A stretch of 64,000 nucleotides of DNA from Octopus vulgaris. Lineage: Eukaryota. Both the position numbers and the translations under genes were made by a program. Shown in pieces: positions 37,855-49,082 of the stretch. Position 1 is the first letter of the stretch. The number at the start of each line of letters is the position of its first letter. A model generated the notes under the pieces. That model saw only the letters and a program-made list of their open reading frames with translations. It did no database searches and had not been told where the DNA came from. The stretch spans positions 55,118,001 to 55,182,000 of the forward strand of contig OX597820.1 of the NCBI GenBank assembly GCA_951406725.2. The letters are read 5' to 3'.

Positions 37855-39530
37855 TTACAAAAAGAAAATAGAAACTACACATGGAAATGTAAAGGAAAAG
37901 TAAGAAGAAAAATAAGCGAAAATGCACATTGGAAATCAAAAAAAGTAAAGGCTTTTTATGAAAAGTAATGATAGATAGATACAGTTAGATGAACTGAGGT
38001 AGGAATAAAAGTAATAAAACTCAATATTGTGAATTGTTAAAGAGATTCAAAAGCATACCGGTTTCCTAAAATTACTAATCATTGCTTTGAATGCACACTG
38101 ATTACTGAACGGTGTCAGGTCTACTAGTCTCTGTGTAAAAAGATTATGTGTAAGGGAGGTAAGTAGTTCTGGATTTGGTGCAATTAGGGAAGATATAGAT
38201 CTGTAATGTGAATGGTGTATGGGATGTATGGGGGTTAGTGGTATTAATTGAAAGGTTAGTAGTGTTCTGTATTATGTTATGTGTTCATATTGAGTTGTGG
38301 AAGATATTTATTGATGAAAGTTGCCTCTTTATTCATTCTTTGTTGTACTGAGGTGTTCTGTGAACATTAATAGAAGGGGAAAATTAGGATTAAGATTCCG
38401 AGTACACCTTTCTATGTGTTCACTGACCTGTATCGGTCTGTATTGTGGGTGGCGGATTTGTTTTTTGTGGAGAGTGGTTCTTCGATGGAGTGATATTCCT
38501 GTTTGGCCAATATAATTATTACCACACCCTAAGCATGTAATGGCATAGATTAAATTTTCTGAGGCATAGGTGAAATTTGATTTAATCTTAAATATTTCAC
38601 CTTGTTTAAAGTAGAACTCTGAACCCTCCAAAAGGTGGGGGCATGTCCCATAGTTAGGTCGACCACATTTTTTCACTTTTGGTTCTGTTGTTAATGGTTA
38701 TAGTATTGCGCTGGTTAATATTTTTTTCAATGATTTAGGTTGCATTTTGCTTTTGATAATTTTGTGTGAGCCTAAAATTTTGTTCATTGTTTTATCTCCT
38801 GTGAGGATGGGCAGATTTTGGGTGATAATGTTGAAGGCTTTGTTGTTTCTAGGGTTATGTGTGTAGATGTAAGGGAGTATTTTTAAGTCTGGTTTAGTAT
38901 TTCGGTTGACTTCCCTTAATGTTCGTATATCTATTTCCTTAGCTTGTTTAATGCCATCATTTATTACTGATATTGGGTAATGTCTTTTGATTTGTATTGA
39001 TCTGAGTTCAAGGAGTCTTCGTTCACGAGTATAAGTGTTCGAAACTATGGTACAGATTCTTTTCGTTAGATTATAAGGTATATTAATTTGTATGCGTTTG
39101 GGGTGACATTAGTTGAATAATAAGTATTGTTTAGAATCTGTGGGTTTATAGAAGATGTCTGTTTCCATGTGGTTATTGACTATTTTAATTAGGATGTCAA
39201 GAAAATGGAGTTGTTTACTGCTGTGCTCCATGGTGAATTGTATTTTGCTATTAATATTGTTAAGCATTATTTTGAAATCGAGGAGTTTGTCCATGCTGTC
39301 TTTCCAAAGTATAAAGCAATCGTCCAAATACCTCTTCCAGTTCTCCTTTAAATAGCAATGAAATGAGGTGCCATATTTTTGTTGTGATGATTGATATATT
39401 TTAAGCTTTAGGTAACCCATTACTTTTATTACTTTTATTCCTACCTCAGATCATCTAATTGTATAGATCTATTGTTACTTTTCGTAAAAAGCCTTTACTT
39501 ATTTTGATTTCCAATGTGCATTTTTGCTTA
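37855..39530 (-). mobile_element. Penelope-like element (RT and GIY-YIG) with inverted terminal segment
   Basis: RT motif WKRYLDDCF, LHFLDI and FYKPTDS. GIY-YIG NLIYAITCLGCGNNYIGQT. 39424-39530 is the reverse complement of 37913-38020. Flanked by (TA)n. Confidence 0.9.
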
Positions 39531-39845
39531 TATATATATAATTGCCTAAGCTAAGCCTATTACTTAGCTCACTTCGGTCAACCTGGCTGAAAAAAGATAG
39601 CAATAGTCAGTGAGCATTTATGAATGACATCAAGTTGTAAAAACCTTTGTTTTGACTCAGAGCAAATATCTAAATTTAACAAAATCACTGTCATGTGTTA
39701 GAATAGTAAGAAACAACAAAAACCAAGTGAATACCCATCAGTTTATAAAATTCTTTATTAATGTCTCAAAATTCCCCATTATTTGTTGTTATTTGACCTC
39801 TTGATTCCCTATTAAAGTATCTTTCACTTATGTTTTCTTTATCAG

Positions 39846-40057
39846 GTTGTGAACTAAACAAGTGCAATACCAATGGCCAGACACCATTGCTATTAGCATG
39901 TGAGAAAGGTGATGATGAAGTTGTTGAGATGCTCCTTGCTCAGCCTCGGTGCAAAAGAAACTGTTCATCATCTATTGCACCCCTCCACATTGCTGTGGAA
40001 TACGGTCATCTTGCCGTTGTGAAGAAGCTTGTTGAGGGTGGCTGGAACATCAATCAG
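39846..40057 (+). CDS. ASB-like gene exon 9 (GCELNKCNTNGQTPLLLACEKG...WNINQ)
   Basis: TTTATCAG acceptor, CAG|GTATCT donor, phase 1-0, two ankyrin repeats. Confidence 0.94.
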
Positions 40058-40344
40058 GTATCTTACCATATTATATCTCTCTTAGTTCATATTTTAATAT
40101 TTCTTTTCTTGTCTCATTTTTCTCTGCCATGATTTATATATTTCATAGGTGCAGGCATGGCTGTGTGCTTGTTTCCCAAGCATATGGTTTGCATTCAGTC
40201 TCATTGCATGGCACTTTTGGCAAGTGTCTTCTATAGCTCTGGACTGAACAAAGTCTTGTAAGTGGATTTGGTAGACAGAAACTGAAATAAGCACAGTGTG
40301 TGTGTGTGTGTGTGTATTTATATATATATATATATATATACATC

Positions 40345-40735
40345 AAAAATCAAAGAATCAAAAAATCAAATCGAAATCGATCAACATCAATGGAATTTGT
40401 AGTTTGTGGTACCAGTGCCGGTGGCACATAAGAGAACCATCCGAACGTTGCCGTAGCCAGCATCGCATCGACTGGCCTCCGTGCTGGTGGCACATAACAA
40501 ACACCATCCGATCGTGGCCGTGCCAGCCTCGTCTGGCACCTGTGTCGGTGGCACATAAAAAGCACCCACTACACTCACGGAGTGGTTGGCGTTAGGAAGG
40601 GCATCCATCTGTAGAAACATCGCCAGATCTGACTGACCTGGTGCAGCCTTTGGGCTTCCCAGACCCCAGTTGAACCGTCCAACCCATGCTAGTATGGAAA
40701 GCGGATGTTAAACGATGATGATGATGATGATGATA
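40345..40735 (+). mobile_element. Family C element with three hairpin modules
   Basis: Closely similar to 28330-28830 but with fewer modules, and has a (GAT)n tail. Confidence 0.85.
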
Positions 40736-40747
40736 TATAGAAAGAAA

Positions 40748-41561
40748 GTGCAGTGAATATATTGTTGTCTAAATTACCTGAAAATGAAAATAACACTGAC
40801 ATCTCATTTTAACAGATATATTTACCAAAATTACATAAAAATATCTTGAAATACTAAAGAGTAAATTTATTCAATAAAATCGCCATTGGCTTCAACCACA
40901 GCCTCCTGACGACTTCGGAGTCTCCTGCAACTCTTCTGGATGGTCTTCTTGTTTAAATTGGTGAATACTGCTATAATCCTTACCTTCAATTCATCTTTTG
41001 TGTTAGAAGGAGTTTTGTTGGTCTCTTACTCAACTGTGACCTTCACATAATTATCAAGGGGGTTGCAGTCTGGGGTGTTAGGTGGCCAGATGTTAGGGAA
41101 TGATGTGGTCGCAGAAATTGTCTGACAGCCATGACTGGGTTCTTCTGCTTGTATGACATAGTGCAGAGTCCTGTGAGGGTCTTCCAGCAGCCACCCTCTT
41201 GACCCAGAGCAGCACTACCTCCTCCAGGCATTTGATGTAGGCTTCCGTATTGAGTCTGAGGCTGTGTGGGAAGATGAATGGGGGCTTAATGGTGCCATCA
41301 CTAGTGATCACTCCAAACACCATGATGTTGACTGAATGCTTGATTTTTATCATTCTCTGTACGTTTTGGGGACATACCAAGCCAATGGTTGTAATGTGTG
41401 TTCATCATTTGTTCATATTGGAGCTTCCGGTGTTGTTTTTCTCGCAGATGGTTCCCAGCTGACCCTACTATACTGTGTAGTCAACAAAATCTAAAACAAA
41501 CATTGCGCACATGTGAAATTGAAAATATAAAATGGCAACAATTTACCCATCGCACCCTGTA
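40748..41561 (-). mobile_element. Second copy of the maT/DD37D-like deleted transposon
   Basis: Reverse-complement match to 12272-13142 (IKHSVNIMVFGVITSDG, QDSALCH), ending CACCCTG-TA. Confidence 0.85.
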
Positions 41562-42803
41562 TATGTATGTATGCATGATTGTATGCGTGTTTGTGTCTCT
41601 TTGTCTTGGCATCATGTGATAGTTGTAAATGATTGCCACTGTCATACAAGCAGTATCATTCATTTCCAATATTCTGTGAAAAACATGTCTGGCCATGGTG
41701 AAATATTATTTTGCTTGGAAACAAGTGAGGATTATTGATAGGAAGGGCATGGGAAGGTGGGTATTAAAATGATGATGACGCCACCACTGCTGACGACTAT
41801 AACCCTCAACTTTCATAATATTTGTACTTTACATTTCAATCTCTAACCACCAAAGCTTTTCTCACTCCATCCATCCACACAAACCGAGGCCTGCCTCTGG
41901 TTCTGCTGCCTTCCACTTCTGCTTTCATCACCCTCCTTACCATCTGCTCCTCATCCATCCTCTCCATGTGGCCTAACCACCTCAACATTCATCTATCCCT
42001 TCTGGTATATAGATTTTCTCTCATTCCTGCTTGCCTTTGCAAGAGAGTTTATTAATGATAGGAAAGCTTGGAGAGTGTTTATGGATAGATGAGTGAATTG
42101 GTGTTGTTCAAAGGGGTACAGAACCAGCATGATGTATTGGGGGGTAAACCAGCATATGCTGTTGTGCCCCGCTGCTGATATTGGGCGTTGCTTTCTATGC
42201 CTTGACCTGAGCATAGGACAGGGTTTGCATCTTCGAGCTAGGAAATGAATGGAATGCCTGGTGTGTGTCTTGTTGTGGCTACCTCCTCCTTTAGGGAATA
42301 GGCCTTGGTTAATAAAAAAAACCATTTCAGTCTGCTCGGTTTTTAATTGTCATTGTGAGTTTCCTTATTCTTATAGAAGTTCCAGTTTAAAGACTTTTTT
42401 CTATACCGAGGTTTCAATGTTCTTTAACATTATGTCACAATTCCACCCCAATTCAGGAATGGAGTAATCAAAATGTAGTGTTAATTACAAAAATGATCAC
42501 AGAAAAATCAGGAAATTAAAATTATTGCAATAACTCTTTAAAATTGCTGTCATTTTCTACCATCTGCAAAATATTCATTGTTATGATTTTCTCCTTGTGT
42601 CATCTCTAATCAATCAAGATTGTAATATGTAATATATCCTGTCTATTTGTGCTCCACAAACATCTCTCTGTGCCCTGTAGCCAGAATACTGACTAGACTA
42701 AACCAACAACAACAACCTTAAATTTACATTTATGAACCAATACTTGATACCAAGAAGATCATAGTGCCATACAGAAGAATTATAGCGATACAAGAAGGAA
42801 AAC

Positions 42804-42843
<40 letters not shown>

Positions 42844-45039
42844 TCTTTCTATAAAGGCACAAGGCCTGAAATTTATGAGGAGGGAACTAGTTGATTGCAT
42901 TGACCACAGTGTTTCACTGGTACTTAATTTATCAACCCCAAAAGGATCAAAGGCAAAGTCGACCTTGGCGGAATTTGAACTCAGAGCATAATGAAGGAAG
43001 AAACACGGCTAAGCATTTTGCCCAGCATGCTATTGATTCTGCCAGCCTGCCACCTTAGTAATAGTAATTATAATCTTTTTCTGGATTACAAGAGGATACA
43101 GGGCTGATAATTATCTTTAGCTTTCCATATCATTAAATGGATGAAAGATAGATCTGCCCCTGGATAAGATGTAAGTCTATTATAAGTGGAGTTCACCTTG
43201 ACACTGCAAACCAGTGATGAAGCAGCCATCAGTTTACAACAGTGAATTGGTATTAGGAAAGGTATCCCATCATAGAAATCATACCAAAGCAGACAGTGGA
43301 GGCATTGGTGCATTCCTGTGGCTAGCTAGCTCCCGTCAAACTGTCCGACCCATACCAGCATGGAATACTGATGTTAAATGATGATGGTGCGATGGTGTTA
43401 GTGATGGCAATGATGATGACGACGACGACCTCTCAGTCATGAAGTATATTTGTCATGGTAACAATTCAACACCAATGACAAGATGTGAATCTCTGACCTG
43501 GTTTGTTTGTTGTCAGTTGTTTGGTATCTTGGTGACTTAACCATTTATGTCCTCTGAAAGGAAATGGAAACAATGTTGATATGGGGGTGGCATGATATCT
43601 GGAAGACATTGTTATCTTGAAGCATCTACTAATCTTGATTTGAGAACTATTATATGTTGATAATGGAGGTTATTATCAACTGCAGAGGAAAGAGAAAGAC
43701 TGAGGAAGACAGAGGAAGAAGTGGTAGAGTCAGATCTTGGGTCTCTCTGATAAGATGACACCAATCACTTCAAGTGGTGATATGTTGTACAATGAACCCT
43801 GCCTAACCCATGCCAGCATGGGACAATGAGCATCAAAAGAATGAAATAAGTGCTTTACACTTTGCATTTCTACTATAATACTCACATTACACTTAGATCT
43901 ACTATAATAATTTTAAGTTTGGCATGCTTCATGAAATAGATTTGCAATTACCCAAGAAAGAAGTTTCAACGGACTCATGAGAATCAGTAGAACCTCAATG
44001 CTGCTGTCATACATTTAAAGTTGGTATCTTTTATGAAAGTCACTACAATAATTTAAGGTGACATTTTTTATAAAACAAGTTTACAGCTACTCAACAAAGG
44101 AACTTTAGCATAATCGTGAATACCAAAGGAATCTCAATGCGTTCAGAAATAGCAGCCAATTCACCCTTAGACCACACTCTACCATCTTAAAGAGAAAAGC
44201 CACAGTAATTGGTGTAGTTGAAATAAAGACAATGTTTCCTGTTTACCTTTAATTAAAAATCTGTTTGATCAGCAGCAATTCAGGGTTAAACAACAAGGAA
44301 ATTGTGAAAGCTGGTTTTAGATAGTAGAGCACTAAACTAAGTGCTTTTGTTCTGAGTTCAAATTGTGCTACAATCAATTCTGTTTTTTTATCTTTTCAGA
44401 CAAAAGATGCTGTTGGATTAAATACCAGTAATATACTTAAGGCCAAACTCATTCAAATATGACCCATCTATATAATCTTCACCCTGGCTAGCCATCAATC
44501 TCTCAATCTATCACTCTATTTTTATATCCATTGATCTGTTTGGCTATCTATTGATATCTCTCTATGCTCTCTCTTTTTGTATACCTCTACCCATTCCAGC
44601 AATCAACTGACTGTTGATCTATCTATCTTTCTGTATGTGTTCTTTTTCATCAAGTCTAGGGTTTTGACGTTGAGTAAGTGTATGAATTTCCGTTGGTTTC
44701 AATGATGAGGATTCAGATGTTTGATAAAACTGAATGACCTGCTCATTGAACCAATGTGTAAGTGGCCAGTCATTCCACAAATTCTTATTGTAACTTTCAG
44801 GCAGAATCAACATGACACAACTTGTAACAAAGCTGTGCTTTTGAATTACAAGTACACTCCCTAGGTGGGCTTCCACACAATTTCTGACTACTCAAAAGGC
44901 TTAGGTTAACCTGAGGCTGTAGTGAAACCCTTCATACTTATAAAGTGAACTTCTAAACCTATGCTATTACTTCACATTTTTTTATCCTTATTTATTGTTA
45001 TCAACAATTATCAACAAGTTATTAACAAGTTATCAACCA

Positions 45040-45345
45040 CCTCACCAACAACAACACTGAACACCTTTTTGATCTCCATGTGTCTAACACACGTGGACAT
45101 GCCTACAAAGTCAGAAAACAATACAGCTCCCATGACTTTCGGAAACATTTTTTCACGCTCAGAGTTGCTGAAGCATGGAATAAACTGCCTGCGTCAGTTG
45201 TTGACTGCCATGACACTGCATCTTTTAAGGCCCTCATGCTTTCCGAAATCCGCCGAAACTTCACCTGATTATATATACACTTTAGATGAGTTGTAGTGCA
45301 CCTGAGCACTGTACACAATTATTATTATTATTATTATTATTATTG
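45040..45345 (+). mobile_element. CR1/L2-type LINE 3' end
   Basis: TRGHAYKVRK...FRKHFFTLRVAEAWNKLP motif and (ATT)n tail. A related decayed copy lies on the minus strand at about 57175-57500. Confidence 0.85.
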
Positions 45346-45537
45346 TGTTGCATGGAATACTGACATGTATTGTCTTTTCTTAGTTTATCTAAGTAGTCTG
45401 TCTGTCTTTCCATCTGTCCATCATACTCTTTATCAACATGTCTGGCTATCTATCTTTTCATCTTTCAGCCTATCTGTTAGTTTATTTCTGTTTATCTGTG
45501 TTTGTGTGTGTATGTGTGTGTGTGTGTGTGTGTAGAT

Positions 45538-46045
45538 CAGTAGTCCTTAACTTGGTAGTGCCCAAGGGTACTTATAAGAAAACGGCAAATGTCAGTGGGG
45601 TGTTATGTGGGGGAGCTGGTATTTAGAGGGGTTGTGATTTTTCTGAGAAATAAAATATTTAAACCAGATAAAATACTTATATTTTAAACACGTATTCAAA
45701 ATATATACATCTTTGTCAGAATTATGATATGAATAAGAGATTGTATTATCATAATTGATGATGTGTCAAGGTCCAATACAGTTTTGTTATATAAGTGCAT
45801 GCTTTCTTAAAAATTTAACATAGGAGGTACTAGTTTATGCAAATATCTAAAAAAAAAAATGGCATATATTACATGGGACATAATAAGAATATATAGAAAA
45901 TAAACTATTGTGTAAAAATAGCTCTTTGATTAAAAATTTTGGGGGTTTCTTTTCTGCAAAATGCAAACCTGATGGGATGAGGGATGTGTGTAAAATGCCA
46001 TTCAACAAAAGGAAGTGCTAAACTACAAAATATTGAGAATCACTG
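45538..46045. mobile_element. hAT/Charlie-like non-autonomous element
   Basis: CAGTAGTCCTTAAC ... TTGAGAATCACTG ends, with imperfect 8-bp flanks GTGTAGAT / ATGTAAAT. Confidence 0.55.
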
Positions 46046-46587
46046 ATGTAAATGAATATATATTACTTTGAGCTTATATATAGTTCATATATCTGTCTGT
46101 CTGTATCTTTTTCTGGGGTGAATATTTACTACTTTTCTTAATCATACTATTTTCTTTAATAATTATTTCCCTCCACTTATCTAAAGTGGAAGGAAAAGTG
46201 ACATCAAATAACTTTTTATAGGTTATCTCTCACTACTGCTGCTGCTGTTTGGTGTCTCTTGCAGAAGGGATAGTTTGATGAGACCGCTGTTTAAACTTGT
46301 TATTCAAGTTCCTTTAACAGTTATCTGCAAAATATACTTACAAGTTGAAATAGATAAAGAAAAGCGTACACCATATGAATGTGTGTCACTACCAAACACA
46401 AAGCAAATTGTATTGGGTGAAGTTCAAACTAGCTCACTCTTCGTTATCTTTCCTCAGCATCACACTCACAAGTTCAACTCTAATAAATAACAGAAAAATC
46501 CAACTGTTGAGTAACCAGGGCTGTGACTAAGCTTATGTGAGATAGGAAACTGTTGTTGTCACAGCATACTGTGTCTATAGTAGAAAG

Positions 46588-46607
46588 GATTATTATTATT
46601 ATTATTA

Positions 46608-46647
<40 letters not shown>

Positions 46648-46748
46648 CATTACTATTATTATTATTATCATCACTATTATTATTATTGTTATTATTAATG
46701 TTGTTGTTATTATTACTACTATTATCATCATTAATATTATTATTATTG
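46588..46748. repeat. (ATT)n microsatellite
   Basis: Read directly from the sequence. Confidence 0.95.
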
Positions 46749-47298
46749 AGTGAGAGAGCAATCCATGCCATCAAAGTGACACTGGGGTAAAATATACGAA
46801 GCCCAGTATACCCATCATGACTACCCGTCTGATAAGGGTACACCAGGCACATGCATCACAACCAAATGTGCATGACATGGTGATCTCATATCAAGATAAA
46901 CAGCTCATGACCTTGCAGGTGGGGCCCAGTTAGAATTTTCTTCTGGTCAAGTAGCCCATCCCACTCAAAAGGTCCCTGAATAAGGATTGTTTAAAGATGT
47001 TGAACAAACCACCCATGTTTCCAAAGGTGAATTATTAAAACCCCAAAGAATCTCTCTCAACACATAGCTATGATGCTCCCCCACTACTTCTGCTCATGAT
47101 CAGAGATGCACATATCGTCAGCCACTAAGAGACATGGTCAACTGGTTAAGGTCAAACAACTGACAAGCAAATCTGTGGTATTGAGCAGAATATTTGCTGT
47201 AGCCCATCTTTTATACCAAGACAAAACAATGTACATGATAACACTTTCAATCAGTTAAGATCAGGAACCATGAGAGCCACTGCCTGGTACTACATCAG
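46749..47298 (-). mobile_element. Unclassified retroposon-like repeat with (AAT)n tail
   Basis: Higher-GC non-coding block abutting a long (AAT)n tract on the minus strand. Family not identified. Confidence 0.4.
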
Positions 47299-47795
47299 TT
47301 GTTGTTGTTGAGGTGGTGAGCTGGCAGAATCTTTTGTGTGCCAAACAAAATAGTCAGGGGCATTTCATCCATATTTATATCCTGGGATCACATTCCATCG
47401 AGGTTGACTTTGCCTTTCATCCTTTCAGGGTTCATAAAATAAGTGCTATTTGAACACTGGAGTGAATGTAATCAACTTTCTTCTCTTGTAAAATTGCTGG
47501 CCTTGTGTCAAAATTCGAAACCATCATCATTATCATTATTATTATTGACAAGGCAGTAAGCTGGCAGAATTGTTGGCATGCCGGGCGATGATGCTTAGCA
47601 GCATTTCTGTCTTCACGTTCTGAGTTCCTCTGCTGAAGTCAGCTTTGCCTTTCATCCTTTCAGGGTTAATAAAATAAATACCATTTGAGTATTGGGGTTG
47701 ATGTAATCAGCTTATTCCCTCTCCCGAAATTGTTGGCCTTGTGCCAAAATTTGAAGCCATTATCATCATCATTATTATCTTGTTTTATTTTCCAG

Positions 47796-48326
47796 ATGAA
47801 TAATGTTGGACAAACTGCAGTTCAGCTTGCCTGCTCACTTGACTCCATGAATATGGTGAAGCTACTTCTGATGTATGGATGTGATCTCAATGCTCATGCC
47901 AGTTTCCCATTGTTAGTGCATTTAGGAGCAGACGATGATGACAGCCCCTTTTTTGTGCAGGAACCCTTCTACTCAGCCACAGTCAACAAAAACATTGATA
48001 TGATCAAACTGCTTATTAAGTGCTACCAGAATATTCCTACTAAAACAGTGAAAACCATCGAAAGTCTGATTAGCACATCTTCTGTCATTTCTTCCCTCTT
48101 TACTAAAGATATGAAAATCCAGATAGCAGAACTGATGCAGAAAGCGCACAAATACCCTCGCTCACTAATGGAGATCTGCCGGGTTGTTATACGGCACCAG
48201 CTGGGAGTGAATCCTCGTGCTAAGCTGGATACAATTGAGAAGCTTGCACCCAGCCACAAAGATTACATTTGCATGGTTGAAGAGCTGAAAATAGACAGTC
48301 CTCATATTTACAAAACTGGCTGGTGA
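47796..48326 (+). CDS. ASB-like gene terminal exon: last ankyrin repeat(s) and C-terminal SOCS box
   Basis: TTTTCCAG acceptor, phase 0. MNNVGQTAVQLAC is ankyrin-like. PRSLMEICRVVIRHQLG...LAPSHKDYI matches the SOCS-box pattern. TGA at 48324-48326. Confidence 0.94.
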   Translation: MNNVGQTAVQLACSLDSMNMVKLLLMYGCDLNAHASFPLLVHLGADDDDSPFFVQEPFYSATVNKNIDMIKLLIKCYQNIPTKTVKTIESLISTSSVISSLFTKDMKIQIAELMQKAHKYPRSLMEICRVVIRHQLGVNPRAKLDTIEKLAPSHKDYICMVEELKIDSPHIYKTGW

Positions 48327-48479
48327 TAGAGTATTGTATGATGTACCAGCTTTCTAATTTTAAAATGCCACACAGAAACTTCTACCCTCACTTTTACCCA
48401 CCACCCATTTTAAACCCCATCCTCATCCCTACCACCAGATTTTACAATGCCACTAAGAGACCACACCAATTTTTAAATG

Positions 48480-48549
48480 AGATTATATATATATAAATTT
48501 GTATATGTGTATGCACATTGTGTGTGCATGCACATGTATGTGTGTGTGT

Positions 48550-48580
<31 letters not shown>

Positions 48581-49062
48581 TTTGTATATATCTATATATA
48601 TACACACACACATTCATATATACACATACCTATAGATAGATATATGTATATGCATACATGGTGCAAACATGTAAACATGTGTGTGTGCATATATATATAT
48701 ATATATATACACACTCACACATGTATGCAAATATGTAAATTTATATGTCTATCTAATTTTCATGAATGCAGAAACAAATACATATACACACATGCATTCA
48801 TACATATGTATACATATACATATATATATTATGTATATATGTGTGTGTATATGTATGTATACACAAATGCACATAAGTATGCATGTATACATCCATTCAT
48901 ATAAGTGTGTATGCATGGCTACATACAGTCCAGTGACTGAAACAAGTAAAAGACATGTATACATACATACATGCTGTATATATATATGTGTGTGTGAGTA
49001 TGTATACACATACATATATATGTATACACACATGCTTACATGTGTGTGTGTATGTGTATACA
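48480..49062. repeat. Degenerate (TA/CA/TG)n microsatellite in the probable 3'UTR
   Basis: Read directly from the sequence. Confidence 0.9.
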
Positions 49063-49076
49063 CACCTGTTTCCATA

Positions 49077-49082
49077 ATTAAA
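49077..49082 (+). terminator. Candidate polyadenylation signal (ATTAAA) of the ASB-like gene
   Basis: First AWTAAA I noticed after the stop codon, followed by a U/GU-rich tract at about 49095-49190. Confidence 0.35.

Noticed and set aside
47685-47795. N-terminal extension of the 213-aa ORF, and likewise 18233-18329
   Set aside because: This is intronic or SINE sequence upstream of the true acceptors.
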